Notes under the pieces: model-generated
The model's database searches: none
Seen by the model: only the letters and a program-made list of their open reading frames with translations
What the model was told of the DNA's origin: nothing
Program-made: the position numbers and the translations under genes
Shown: positions 20,819 to 29,847 of the stretch, piece after piece
How the letters are laid out: the number at the start of each line of letters is the position of its first letter
How positions within the stretch are numbered: position 1 is the first letter of the stretch
Source: Escherichia coli
Lineage (GTDB): Bacteria > Pseudomonadota > Gammaproteobacteria > Enterobacterales > Enterobacteriaceae
NCBI RefSeq assembly: GCF_003334255.1
Contig: NZ_QOWU01000037.1
Length of the DNA: 51,502 nt
Reading direction: 5' to 3' (one strand)

Positions 20819-21268
20819 TCACTTTAGCCGTTCACGGGCCGTCTTCGCCTTATGGCACGGCCAGCACAGGCTCTGCAGATTACTGTCTGCATCGGTGCCG
20901 CCATGCGCTTTAGGGATGATGTGGTCAACGGTTTTCGCCTCACGCACCACACCAGCACGCAGACATAACTGACACAGGCCTTTGTCACGCTTCAATATGC
21001 GCGCGCGGATACTGTCCCACTTCGAACCGTAGCCGCGCTGATGACGGGATTGCCCCGGCTTGTATTGTTTCCAGCCTTCGCTTTTGTGGCTTTCGCAATA
21101 GCCTGACGGGTCAGTCGTGGTATGGCGGCAGCCGCGAACACGGCAGGCTTTTGGGATTCGTGATGGCATATGTACTCCAATGAAGAAGCCACCGACATAG
21201 CCTCCTCCATTCATCGTGAAACTATTTTCATCTACGCAGTCATGAATTCTTTGTAGAGTTGTGATCAA
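20819..21268 (-). CDS. HNH endonuclease (packaging-associated)
   Basis: CxxC...HIIPKAHGGTDADSNLQSLCWPCH HNH motif; 149 aa immediately upstream of terS. Confidence 0.85.
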   Translation of the reverse strand: MITTLQRIHDCVDENSFTMNGGGYVGGFFIGVHMPSRIPKACRVRGCRHTTTDPSGYCESHKSEGWKQYKPGQSRHQRGYGSKWDSIRARILKRDKGLCQLCLRAGVVREAKTVDHIIPKAHGGTDADSNLQSLCWPCHKAKTARERLK

Positions 21269-21287
21269 TACAACTCACTAATGGAGA

Positions 21288-21309
21288 GGCTTGTCCAACA
21301 CGTTGGACA
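21288..21309. promoter_or_regulatory. Perfect 10-bp-arm palindrome CTTGTCCAAC ac GTTGGACAAG 20 bp upstream of HNH start
   Basis: Seen directly; followed on plus strand by T-rich tract (tttcctgtttgattt). Confidence 0.4.
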
Positions 21310-21391
21310 AGTTTCCTGTTTGATTTACTGGACACTATAGAAGGACAGAATGCCTTCCTCACTCGAATAACATTAATTAAGGAGGTTCAAC

Positions 21392-21514
21392 ATGTTTCAT
21401 TCCACAAATCATCAGGCTGTAATTATGGCTGTATCAGTTTGTGCCACAGACCTTTTCCGCTTCACTTTGAGCCTGATTCATTTCTACCTGACCGGCTCGC
21501 CTCTATCTTTTTAA
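21392..21514 (+). CDS. Small hydrophobic ORF (40 aa) with consensus Shine-Dalgarno
   Basis: TAAGGAGG 6 nt upstream of ATG. Product MFHSTNHQAVIMAVSVCATDLFRFTLSLIHFYLTGSPLSF. Lies opposite to late transcription between bor and HNH. Confidence 0.3.
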   Translation: MFHSTNHQAVIMAVSVCATDLFRFTLSLIHFYLTGSPLSF

Positions 21515-21694
21515 TCCCCGCTTTATCCAAATTGCATTGCCAGAATGCCGACAACAGACTGACATTCAAATCCTGACTACCTCCAATAGTCTGACCGTAC
21601 ACCTATATAGTTTTAAATTTCATCAATCCATTTAACTATCGTTTAATTGTTGTCACATAGGATTCTGCCGTTTTTAACAATGCAGGATAATAAG

Positions 21695-21988
21695 ATGAAA
21701 AAAATGTTGTTTTCTGCCGCTCTGGCAATGCTTATTACAGGATGTGCTCAACAGACGTTTACTGTTGGAAACAAACCGACAGCAGTAACGCCAAAGGAAA
21801 CCATCACCCATCATTTCTTCGTTTCGGGAATTGGACAGGAGAAAACTGTTGATGCAGCCAAAATTTGTGGCGGCGCAGAAAATGTTGTTAAAACAGAAAC
21901 CCAGCAAACATTCGTAAATGGATTGCTCGGTTTTATTACTTTAGGCATTTATACTCCGCTGGAAGCGCGTGTGTATTGCTCACAATAA
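21695..21988 (+). CDS. bor: Bor lipoprotein (serum-resistance, lambda Bor-like)
   Basis: MKKMLFSAALAMLITGCAQQ lipobox; 97 aa matching recalled lambda Bor almost exactly; opposite strand to lysis genes as in lambda/DLP12. Confidence 0.9.
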   Translation: MKKMLFSAALAMLITGCAQQTFTVGNKPTAVTPKETITHHFFVSGIGQEKTVDAAKICGGAENVVKTETQQTFVNGLLGFITLGIYTPLEARVYCSQ

Positions 21989-22019
21989 TTGCATGAGTTG
22001 CCCATCGATATGGGCAGCT

Positions 22020-22481
22020 CTATCTGCACTGCTCATTAATATACTTCTGGGTTCCTTCCAGTTGTTTTTGCATAGTGATCAGCCTCTCTCTGAGGGTGAA
22101 ATAATCCTGTTCAGCGGTGTCTGCCAGTCGGGGGGAGGCTGCATTATCCACGCCGGAGGCGGTGGTGGCTTCACGCACTGACTGACAGACTGCTTTGATG
22201 TGCAACCGACGACGACCAGCGGCAACATCATCACGCAGAGCATCATTTTCAGCTTTCGCATCAGCTAACTCCTTCGTGTATTTTGCATCGAGCGCAGCAA
22301 CATCACGCTGACGCATCTGCATGTCAGTAATTGCCGCGTTCGCCAGCTTCAGTTCTTTGGCATTTTTGTCGCGCTGGGCTTTATAGGTAATGGCGTTATC
22401 ACGGTAATGATTAACAGCCCATGACAGGCAGACGATGATGCAGATAACCAGAGCGGAGATAATCGCGGTTACTCTGTTCAT
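22020..22481 (-). CDS. Rz: Spanin inner-membrane subunit Rz
   Basis: [41 protein letters not shown]... matches recalled lambda Rz; ORF open to 22493. Confidence 0.9.
   Translation of the reverse strand: MNRVTAIISALVICIIVCLSWAVNHYRDNAITYKAQRDKNAKELKLANAAITDMQMRQRDVAALDAKYTKELADAKAENDALRDDVAAGRRRLHIKAVCQSVREATTASGVDNAASPRLADTAEQDYFTLRERLITMQKQLEGTQKYINEQCR
22079..22261 (-). CDS. Rz1: Spanin outer-membrane lipoprotein Rz1 (embedded in Rz, +1 frame)
   Basis: 60 aa, lipobox VVGC, proline-rich PPPPPAW. Confidence 0.85.
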   Translation of the reverse strand: MRKLKMMLCVMMLPLVVVGCTSKQSVSQCVKPPPPPAWIMQPPPDWQTPLNRIISPSERG

Positions 22482-22975
22482 TGCTGACCCCACAAACAGA
22501 TTTCACGCTCAATCTCACGACGAGTCATGAGACCTTTCCATTGCTTACCGCCAGCATATGTCCAGCGACGTAACTGATCACATGCGCCTTTGATATCGCC
22601 CTGGTTTATTTTGCGAAGAAGCGTCGATGTTCTGAAATTGCCAGCACCCACGTTGTAAACGAATGAGTAAAGAGCGCCGCGCGTTGTTTCCGGTATATCG
22701 ACTTCGATGTATGGGTTAATTTGTCTGGCGACAGTGGCAAGGTCTTTATTCAAGAGTGCTTTGCATTCTGCTTTGGTATACGTTTTACCGAGCATGATGT
22801 CTTTTCCTGTATGCCCGTGACATACGGTCCATACACCAACAATATCTTTGTATGGTATGTAGCTGACACCTTCCAGACCATCGTTACCACTTGGGCCAGT
22901 GATTAACACTGATGCTATAGCAATTGCTCCGCCACCAATAGCAGCAGCAACGGCTTTTCGTAATGATGGAGGCAT
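22478..22975 (-). CDS. R: SAR endolysin (phage 21 R-like lysozyme with N-terminal signal-anchor-release domain)
   Basis: [28 protein letters not shown]... Gly/Ala-rich SAR helix then lysozyme domain; matches recalled R21. Confidence 0.9.
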   Translation of the reverse strand: MPPSLRKAVAAAIGGGAIAIASVLITGPSGNDGLEGVSYIPYKDIVGVWTVCHGHTGKDIMLGKTYTKAECKALLNKDLATVARQINPYIEVDIPETTRGALYSFVYNVGAGNFRTSTLLRKINQGDIKGACDQLRRWTYAGGKQWKGLMTRREIEREICLWGQQ

Positions 22976-23190
22976 TATTCACCTCTCGCAGCCTTGCGCT
23001 TATCTTCTTTAATCTTGAAATAAAGGTTTGTCAGGTACGTCAGCAGGCCAAATACCAGGCTACCCAGCACACCTATTGCTGCCCACTGTGAGGGCGTGAC
23101 TTTATCGAGCAGCTGTAAAAACCAGTAACCGGCACTACCTGCTGAGGTGCCATAGGCGACACCCGTTGTTAACTTATCCATGGATTTCAT
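22975..23190 (-). CDS. S: Pinholin S21-like with dual-start motif (MKSM...)
   Basis: [31 protein letters not shown]...; two Met codons 3 residues apart (antiholin/holin). ORF open upstream to 23235. Confidence 0.85.
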
Positions 23191-23778
23191 AACCCCACCT
23201 CGCAGACAAAGCGGGTGTAAATTGAGGGAATACAACGTATCGCAAAAAAGCAGAAACGTAACAGACTCGGAGTCAGTGAATAACTCAGGTATTGAGTTAT
23301 CAGCTAATATCGAGACTCAAAAAATGGAAAAACCAGCTCGACGGCGGGTTTAAGCTGTGTGACGAAGTAACCACTCTTAACAGCATAACCAATTTTTTAC
23401 GTACGTAAACCACTGAATGATATTTATGAGAATGCTACCGAGTGTTCAAAACACCACCACAAATACATAAGAAAACCTCAACAAATAACCAATAAATAAT
23501 TTCCGGCGTTATTTTTAGTTAATTTAAATTAAACCATCGAATTATAGACCCCCCATAAATAACAGCCATTAATATAAATTAGCTAATAGGTTTATTTTTG
23601 TTCAAATAAGAGCCATAAATAGGTTTCGATAGAAAAAGTTCAGATAAAAATAGAGATCTACTTCACAAATTAAATGAGAAACTAAAACTTACATCTTGAA
23701 ATAATCACATTGATTAGATGAATATTTATCGCGCAGTGACATCATTTTTTAATAATAGTTCAAAAAAAAGGGCTCACG

Positions 23779-24861
23779 ATGAAAAAATTAACAGTGGCAA
23801 TTTCTGCTGTAGCTGCATCAGTACTGATGGCGATGTCTGCTCAGGCAGCTGAAATTTATAATAAAGACAGTAACAAGCTGGATCTGTACGGGAAAGTTAA
23901 TGCTAAGCACTACTTCTCCTCTAATGATGCAGATGATGGTGATACTACTTATGCCCGTCTTGGCTTCAAAGGTGAAACCCAAATCAACGATCAACTGACT
24001 GGTTTCGGTCAGTGGGAATATGAATTCAAAGGCAACCGCGCTGAATCTCAAGGTTCCTCCAAAGATAAAACCCGTCTTGCCTTCGCTGGCCTGAAATTCG
24101 GTGACTACGGCTCCATCGATTACGGCCGTAACTACGGTGTAGCATACGACATCGGTGCGTGGACTGACGTCCTGCCAGAATTCGGTGGTGACACTTGGAC
24201 TCAAACAGATGTGTTCATGACTGGTCGCACCACTGGTGTTGCAACTTATCGTAACAACGACTTCTTTGGTCTGGTTGATGGTCTGAACTTTGCTGCTCAG
24301 TATCAGGGTAAAAATGACCGCACTGACGTAACTGAAGCTAATGGTGATGGTTTCGGTTTCTCCACTACTTATGAGTATGAAGGATTCGGTGTAGGTGCAA
24401 CCTATGCTAAATCTGATCGCACTAATAATCAGGTTATCTACGGTAACAACGGTCTGAATGCTTCTGGTCAAAATGCTGAAGTATGGGCAGCTGGTCTGAA
24501 ATATGATGCGAACAACATCTATCTGGCCACCACCTATTCTGAAACCCAGAACATGACTGTTTTTGGTAATAACCATATTGCCAACAAAGCACAAAACTTC
24601 GAAGCTGTTGCACAATATCAGTTCGACTTCGGCCTGCGTCCATCCGTTGCTTACCTGCATTCTAAAGGAAAAGACTTGGGTGTTTGGGGTGATCAGGACC
24701 TGGTTGAATATGTTGATGTAGGTGCAACCTATTACTTCAACAAAAATATGTCCACTTTTGTTGACTACAAAATCAACCTGATTGATAAGAGCGATTTCAC
24801 GAAAGCATCTGGCGTTGCTACCGATGATATCGTTGCTGTAGGTATGGTTTACCAGTTCTAA
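23779..24861 (+). CDS. Prophage-encoded OmpC-family general porin (Lc/NmpC-like lysogenic-conversion gene)
   Basis: 360 aa, signal peptide AMSAQA, ...[17 protein letters not shown]..., C-terminal VAVGMVYQF. Lies between Q and S on the opposite strand, exactly as nmpC in DLP12 and lc in PA-2. Confidence 0.9.
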   Translation: MKKLTVAISAVAASVLMAMSAQAAEIYNKDSNKLDLYGKVNAKHYFSSNDADDGDTTYARLGFKGETQINDQLTGFGQWEYEFKGNRAESQGSSKDKTRLAFAGLKFGDYGSIDYGRNYGVAYDIGAWTDVLPEFGGDTWTQTDVFMTGRTTGVATYRNNDFFGLVDGLNFAAQYQGKNDRTDVTEANGDGFGFSTTYEYEGFGVGATYAKSDRTNNQVIYGNNGLNASGQNAEVWAAGLKYDANNIYLATTYSETQNMTVFGNNHIANKAQNFEAVAQYQFDFGLRPSVAYLHSKGKDLGVWGDQDLVEYVDVGATYYFNKNMSTFVDYKINLIDKSDFTKASGVATDDIVAVGMVYQF

Positions 24862-24997
24862 TTTGATTACTAAAAGATATGTTGTGGGAGGCTTTGCCTC
24901 CCCAACATATAAGTGGCTCCCTCAAGCCACTTCCTTTAGAAGCACAACCTTGCTTCTAACTATACAAACCTTCTGTTATATATTACCCTTTATTTTT

Positions 24998-25022
24998 GGG
25001 GGCGTTTCAACGCCCCATTTTT
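24998..25022 (+). terminator. Rho-independent terminator after porin gene
   Basis: GGGGCG tttcaa CGCCCC followed by ATTTTT; preceded by three additional stable hairpins at 24886-24902, 24911-24932, 24937-24958. Confidence 0.7.
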
Positions 25023-25049
25023 AATAACTTTTAGTAAATAATTGGCGTA

Positions 25050-25433
25050 TTAATTAGAGTTATTAACAACGATATCCATCTCTAACCGGATATCTAATGC
25101 CATTAACATCCCTTCAATTATGCCCTCAGCCTTCTGTAACCTTTTCCCGATATAACCATCAGAGCAGCAATGCTTACCTGCCAGTGACATGAATGTCATA
25201 CCGACTACATAATAATCTACTAATAAATCGTGCAAATCGCTGTTGTTCTTTTTCAGACGGGCCATGCACCCGCAAATGATCATCGCGTCATCGTCACAAC
25301 ATTGCGGGCGAGATTTTACTTTTGAAGTAATTAATCCCTTAAAACCGGCGGCAATGGACGACCAGGTCACATCTTCATGATTATTAGCCGCCCACGCTCC
25401 CCAACGCTCAAGAACCATCTGAATATCACGCAT
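25050..25433 (-). CDS. Late antiterminator Q (DLP12 QuuD / phage 82-21 type)
   Basis: [24 protein letters not shown]...[22 protein letters not shown] (zinc-binding Cys cluster); 127 aa; ORF open to 25448. Confidence 0.85.
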   Translation of the reverse strand: MRDIQMVLERWGAWAANNHEDVTWSSIAAGFKGLITSKVKSRPQCCDDDAMIICGCMARLKKNNSDLHDLLVDYYVVGMTFMSLAGKHCCSDGYIGKRLQKAEGIIEGMLMALDIRLEMDIVVNNSN

Positions 25434-25518
25434 CAACTTACTCCACAAAAATCAGACCAGAACGCCAATTACAAGCAAAAATCAACAAAACAGTATTAGT
25501 TGATTGTTATCTCTGACT

Positions 25519-25659
25519 TCATACTCCTGCTCCTGTCAGGGTTTTGGCGTAATTCTTCAGTATTCGGTAATCGGTCAAAACAGAACCGGGGAAACGATAT
25601 AAGCGCAGACGCCCCCAGCGGTGGCGAAGAAGTTCTGCCATATTAAACTCAAACATCAT
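25519..25659 (-). CDS. YlcG-like small protein (46 aa)
   Basis: Hand-translated [46 protein letters not shown]; ATG overlaps rusA stop, as in DLP12 rusA-ylcG-quuD. Confidence 0.5.
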   Translation of the reverse strand: MMFEFNMAELLRHRWGRLRLYRFPGSVLTDYRILKNYAKTLTGAGV

Positions 25660-26018
25660 TCATTCCCCATTTCGGTGATGGTCAGTTCCAGCCTCCCACC
25701 TTTGGTAACAGGCATCTTCACAACACGGTAATCAACGACCTGAGCATCATCCAGCCAGAAACCTGCTTTGGTGAGTGCGTCAAAAGCGGCTTTTTGCAGA
25801 TTATCCAGGTCACGGCGACGGCGATCCGGCATGTGGCACTCAATACGGATTTTCACTGGCATAGCCAGGCCGATATCCAGCATGGAGCCTTTGATGATTC
25901 GGGCGACGTTATCGCGGTATGCCTGCCCTTCTGCGCTGACGTGCGTGCGCCCGCGATTATGGCGGTAATAGCGATTATTGCTCGGAGGCCAGGGTAATGT
26001 GATGCTGTAGGTATTCAC
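25656..26018 (-). CDS. rusA: Holliday junction resolvase RusA
   Basis: 120 aa [28 protein letters not shown]...; GTG start; matches recalled DLP12 RusA. Confidence 0.9.
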   Translation of the reverse strand: MNTYSITLPWPPSNNRYYRHNRGRTHVSAEGQAYRDNVARIIKGSMLDIGLAMPVKIRIECHMPDRRRRDLDNLQKAAFDALTKAGFWLDDAQVVDYRVVKMPVTKGGRLELTITEMGNE

Positions 26019-26305
26019 GCCTTAATTACCCCCTCTTTCAGCCAGATAACCTGCGTTCTCGCCATACCTTCCAGCGCGCATTCTTTTGCATATCCAGCGT
26101 CAACAAAATGCGTGCGGCGGTCGATTTCGTCGTGGCAGGCAGAACATGCAATGGTGGCAATCAGGTCTGGCGGTTTCGTACCGGTGCCGCACAATCCAGT
26201 CAGCCGGATATGTGCCAGTACAGACGTTTCAGGGTTGCCATTACATACGCCAGGGATTCTTACCTGGCATTCCCGACCACGCGCTGCTTTTCTCAAATCA
26301 GCCAT
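26015..26305 (-). CDS. YbcO-like (DUF1364) putative nuclease
   Basis: [35 protein letters not shown]...CSACHDEID Cys-rich; ORF open to 26344. Confidence 0.75.
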   Translation of the reverse strand: MADLRKAARGRECQVRIPGVCNGNPETSVLAHIRLTGLCGTGTKPPDLIATIACSACHDEIDRRTHFVDAGYAKECALEGMARTQVIWLKEGVIKA

Positions 26306-26468
26306 GATTCCTCCTTGCTGCCAGTCGCAACCATTTTTTATCAACCAGGCTAGCGGTATATCCGAGCAGTGTTGGTATTTCGGATGGTTTCAGCTCAGGC
26401 TTACGCTTACGACGATTTGGTACTCTGTAGATGTGTCCGTTCATGACACGAATAAGCGGTGTAGCCAT
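26298..26468 (-). CDS. NinE-like small protein (56 aa)
   Basis: Hand-translated [56 protein letters not shown]; start overlaps ybcN stop. Confidence 0.4.
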   Translation of the reverse strand: MATPLIRVMNGHIYRVPNRRKRKPELKPSEIPTLLGYTASLVDKKWLRLAARRNHG

Positions 26469-26923
26469 TACGCCTCCTGCTTGTCGCGCAGCAGCTGGAA
26501 CTCGCAGCTCTGCGGAATAGTCAGGTGGCAGCCAATATTCATCGCCCAGGCTTCAACCTTACACAGGAAGACATACATCTCTCCGCTATCAAGATTGGAG
26601 GTATGACGTAATGACTGAATGGTGGTGATTTCACCGGTTACGACATCAACCAGTTCTTTGGTTTCATAACCGAGATAAGTGTGTTTGAGAGCATCTTTTA
26701 CCCAAGCTGGAGTGGCGAACGTTTTACCCCTGCTGATGAGGTATTCACTGATTTCGCTGTACCACATGTGGCTGAGTGCATTCTGGGAAAGACTGCGTCT
26801 CTCGCGCCACGGTTTAAGCACCATGCGAAAGCATTTGCCGTCCTCCAGATAAGGCTGGATCTGCTGGCCGATAGCGGTGAAGTTACCGCGATGCAATTTG
26901 ATACCATCTTGTGGGAGGTTCAC
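26468..26923 (-). CDS. YbcN-like protein (DLP12 ybcN family; nin-region protein)
   Basis: 151 aa [19 protein letters not shown]...; GTG start with GGAGGTG SD. Confidence 0.75.
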   Translation of the reverse strand: MNLPQDGIKLHRGNFTAIGQQIQPYLEDGKCFRMVLKPWRERRSLSQNALSHMWYSEISEYLISRGKTFATPAWVKDALKHTYLGYETKELVDVVTGEITTIQSLRHTSNLDSGEMYVFLCKVEAWAMNIGCHLTIPQSCEFQLLRDKQEA

Positions 26924-27110
26924 GCTTCACCTCCGCAGAGATCAAACGCTGGATGCAAAATATCGCAGGTGCATTTCTGCATCTGTGAATGGAGAAGAGA
27001 GGTTGGATTGTATGTGCGCATAAACGTCCCCGTTTAGCGCAGAAGTCACCGGAGTTGTTCAGGCTCCGATGACATGATTATGGCGGGTTGATTATGGAAA
27101 ATCAATCAAG

Positions 27111-27620
27111 CTATGTTTCATCGGCGAGGTCATCATCTGTGACAATCATGAGGTTAAAGAATGAAATAATGTTTAACCACTGCGAGTAAATATCGCTCGT
27201 CATGCTGGTTAGCTCCTCTCCGTGAAAGAAGGCATCAGGCCCAACCTCATAGTTGAGCTCTTCAAAAAGCTCCATGTTTAATTGGCTAATAAAGAATTGC
27301 TTCAGACCTTTCATTGCATCCTGATTGTTGGTATCTGAGTAATTTATTATGCTCCCCATTGCCATGTTCAAACATCGAACAATATTGGCTGCGTCATGAA
27401 AGCTCCAGTCAGCCCCTTTCTTTCCTTTTGAGTATGAATTCGCTCTCTCAGCGCAAGCTTTTAATGTCTCGTACAAATACTGCTTTCCTTGCAACTGCAA
27501 AGCTTTTTCGGATGTGGCCCTGCTAGCTTCTGAGGATCGCCATGCTAAATAAGTTGCTACCGCAGATGCGATAGCTGCAATCGCAGAAACTGCATCTATA
27601 CCGTTATCCCAACCAGACAT
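27111..27620 (-). CDS. Low-GC moron protein with single N-terminal TM helix (169 aa), function unknown
   Basis: N-terminus GIDAVSAIAAIASAVATYLAW hydrophobic; ~42% GC; SD GAGGGG embedded in 3' arm of an upstream hairpin. Confidence 0.55.
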   Translation of the reverse strand: MSGWDNGIDAVSAIAAIASAVATYLAWRSSEASRATSEKALQLQGKQYLYETLKACAERANSYSKGKKGADWSFHDAANIVRCLNMAMGSIINYSDTNNQDAMKGLKQFFISQLNMELFEELNYEVGPDAFFHGEELTSMTSDIYSQWLNIISFFNLMIVTDDDLADET

Positions 27621-27650
27621 AAAAACCCCCTCGATTATTTGAGGGGATTA
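27621..27650 (-). terminator. Hairpin + U-tract immediately upstream of the 169-aa ORF start; SD sequestered in 3' arm
   Basis: mRNA sense CCCCUC aaauaauc GAGGGG GUUUUU AUG; 6-bp G/C stem, 8-nt loop, U5 then start codon. Confidence 0.5.
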
Positions 27651-27669
27651 TACCTTCAAAGTTTCCGCG

Positions 27670-27864
27670 CTACCCATTCATAACTAAAGCTTTTGCTTTC
27701 CAATGAGAAAGCGCGCTATGTTCGCTAGAACCTGTTTCGACTATATGGCGCCCCCAGGAATCTCCCCATGCTCTCCACGTTGACTTGCCGGTTTGGACTA
27801 CTGTGACAACATACTCTTTGCCGTCGATGTTAACTTCATGCTGCACTGGTGATTGTGATTTCAT
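27670..27864 (-). CDS. Small hypothetical protein (64 aa from MKSQSP...; ORF open to 27891)
   Basis: AGAGG SD 7 nt upstream of internal ATG; low GC; paired with downstream TM-protein gene. Confidence 0.45.
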   Translation of the reverse strand: MKSQSPVQHEVNIDGKEYVVTVVQTGKSTWRAWGDSWGRHIVETGSSEHSALSHWKAKALVMNG

Positions 27865-27915
27865 TTTCAAACCTCTGCTTATCGTTGACATCGCAATTAT
27901 GCTGTCACGACATAA

Positions 27916-28722
27916 TCACTTCGCCTCCTGCTGCGGTGCTGCTGCGATCATGGCCTTCCATTGGTGGTCTGGGCTCCATAATCTACCGCCATCTTCACAC
28001 TCTTCCTGCGCCTGATGGTACGCCTCACGCATTTCTGGAGTTGGCTCCTTAGGAACCAGCACCCAACCATCCGGAATCACCGGAGAGTTGCTGACGGGCG
28101 ACTCGGAAATTTTTGGCGAAGAATCTAGGGCTGGCGCGGTCTGCATGGTGGTGGGCGACTCGGCTTTTTCGGCACCCTGAAGCATGGCGTCGCGGCATCC
28201 GTCATACGCTTCTTTCATAGCATCACGCACCCATCCGACAGGTTTCTGCTCAGTCAACTCACACCATTTCTCGAATGTGGGCACAGATACCGGAACTGGC
28301 GGTGCTGCATAAAGCGCCTGACAACTCCAGCCAGACCAGTGAGCACCCTCCGCTCTCTCATCATCTTCAGGGCGAACAAGCGTGACTTCGCTCGGGTGTT
28401 TCCTGTGTGACCACAGCCAGGCTACGGTTTCGGCATTGGCTGGCTCTGGCGGGGCGGAGTAAAAATACTCATCCTCAATCCCATCAACGGGCTTTGAGAA
28501 GCCGATAAAATCACCATAATGCCAAGGATAGGGGCCGTATGGCTCAGAGGTCACACGACGCCACCGGTGAATGGCAGGCTCCGCTTCGAGCGATGCCAGC
28601 GCGATACGCAGTGCCGCCAGCGTGTTGCTGTCGCCTTCGTCCAGACCGAACGGGATTTCATCTCTGGCTGCTTCCATGTCGGCAATTTTCTGCTGCAGCC
28701 ATTGTTTGGTAATAGTGCTCAT
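27916..28722 (-). CDS. Hypothetical lambdoid early-region protein (268 aa, Trp/Pro-rich)
   Basis: ORF with ATGA coupling to ead-like gene; common nin/ea-region position. Confidence 0.5.
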   Translation of the reverse strand: MSTITKQWLQQKIADMEAARDEIPFGLDEGDSNTLAALRIALASLEAEPAIHRWRRVTSEPYGPYPWHYGDFIGFSKPVDGIEDEYFYSAPPEPANAETVAWLWSHRKHPSEVTLVRPEDDERAEGAHWSGWSCQALYAAPPVPVSVPTFEKWCELTEQKPVGWVRDAMKEAYDGCRDAMLQGAEKAESPTTMQTAPALDSSPKISESPVSNSPVIPDGWVLVPKEPTPEMREAYHQAQEECEDGGRLWSPDHQWKAMIAAAPQQEAK

Positions 28723-29132
28723 GATGCCTCTCCTTTACCGGATGCGGCGGCGATCAGCTTCTGCGCCTGCTGAATGTCAGGATTGCCTGCAATCATCACT
28801 TCTGGCGCGTCACAGTCACCGCCAAGGTCAAGAATGCGCTCATGTCCGGTACGCAGGCAGGATTTGTATCCTGAAACCGTCTGCTTGAGCGATTCGGTCA
28901 GCACAGCAATCCTCTGGTCTTTGGCTTCCAGCTCATCCAGCAGCGCCAGCACTGTGGCTGGGTTGGCTACGGAGTTCAGCGCGTTCAAGGCAGTGATATC
29001 TGCATCAAGCTGAGTTCCTTCTGCCAGTGAGATATCGAAAATGTCATCAGGCGGCATAACACTAAGGCGCTCATGTGCACCAACTGCTGCCTCAGCGATT
29101 TCACGTAATGCGCGTTTGTCGATGTTGCTCAT
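28719..29132 (-). CDS. Ead/Ea22-like coiled-coil protein
   Basis: MSNIDKRALREIAEAAVGAHERL... typical N-terminus of Ead/Ea22-like proteins of lambdoid/Stx phages. Confidence 0.6.
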   Translation of the reverse strand: MSNIDKRALREIAEAAVGAHERLSVMPPDDIFDISLAEGTQLDADITALNALNSVANPATVLALLDELEAKDQRIAVLTESLKQTVSGYKSCLRTGHERILDLGGDCDAPEVMIAGNPDIQQAQKLIAAASGKGEAS

Positions 29133-29147
29133 TCTTCATCCTCCAAC

Positions 29148-29360
29148 TCAGATACGGCGTCCATTACATCTGAGCCGCGAATGGTTTCGAATGCCACACA
29201 AGACCATTTCAAAGCACAGGCGCTCATGCGGGTGCGGAGATTGCCAATACTTGAAGCCAGGACGATGCGAATAGCCCTGCATCGCATAAAACTCTCCGGC
29301 CAATTCAATGGCGGCATCCACCAGTTCACGGTTTGTCATTGGTTTGTCGATGTTGCTCAT
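29148..29360 (-). CDS. Small hypothetical protein sharing MSNIDK N-terminus
   Basis: 70 aa; first 19 nt of gene identical to start of ead-like gene. Confidence 0.4.
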   Translation of the reverse strand: MSNIDKPMTNRELVDAAIELAGEFYAMQGYSHRPGFKYWQSPHPHERLCFEMVLCGIRNHSRLRCNGRRI

Positions 29361-29557
29361 TGGGCGGCCTCCTGGATTAACTTTTCGAGAATGGCATCAA
29401 GGGCTTTCCGTTTTCCGATATACCCGCCACCAACCCACTCTCCACGAAGCAAGGCGTAATATTTCCCGTCGTCTTCGTGATACGGTCCTCGGATAGACCA
29501 GTCGGTTGTGATGGCGTCGATAGCCTTTTTAGTTTCTGCGAAATCCATCATGCTCAT
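29357..29557 (-). CDS. Small hypothetical protein (likely start MSMMDFAE...)
   Basis: ORF open to 29614; start placed at ATG overlapping upstream gene stop. Confidence 0.4.
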   Translation of the reverse strand: MSMMDFAETKKAIDAITTDWSIRGPYHEDDGKYYALLRGEWVGGGYIGKRKALDAILEKLIQEAAQ

Positions 29558-29847
29558 ACCCCTACCCTCCCCCAAACCATCAACACCCGCTTCATCGCGG
29601 CACTCTGGCGACACTCCTTAAAAATCAGGTTAGTGCTCACCTTTCCTTCCCGTTCTTCCCTGGTAGCGAATCTGTAATACACCGTTCGCCAGACCTTACC
29701 ATCTATGACCAAGATTCCTGCCCGCGCCATTTTAGCCGCAGCCTGATTTATGCTGGTTACTGTTGCGCCTGTTACCGCGGCAACGTCCAGCGCACAGAAG
29801 CTCTTATGCGTCCCCAGGTAATAAATAATTGCCTCTTTACCCGTCAT
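29554..29847 (-). CDS. Hypothetical small DNA-binding-like protein
   Basis: 97 aa; ATGA coupled downstream of P. Confidence 0.4.
   Translation of the reverse strand: MTGKEAIIYYLGTHKSFCALDVAAVTGATVTSINQAAAKMARAGILVIDGKVWRTVYYRFATREEREGKVSTNLIFKECRQSAAMKRVLMVWGRVGV

Noticed and set aside
20992-21210. 72-aa ORF within HNH gene
   Set aside because: Same-strand internal alternative frame of a well-supported HNH ORF.
23818-24660. 280-aa minus-strand ORF inside the porin gene
   Set aside because: Antisense to an unmistakable OmpC-family porin; product is Val/Thr/Ile-rich mirror-frame artefact.
23779-24861. Porin as a chromosomal ompC/nmpC core gene or second copy of phoE
   Set aside because: It is flanked by Q and the S-R-Rz cassette on both sides, so it is phage cargo. 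Sequence diverges from phoE after the N-terminal ~35 residues.
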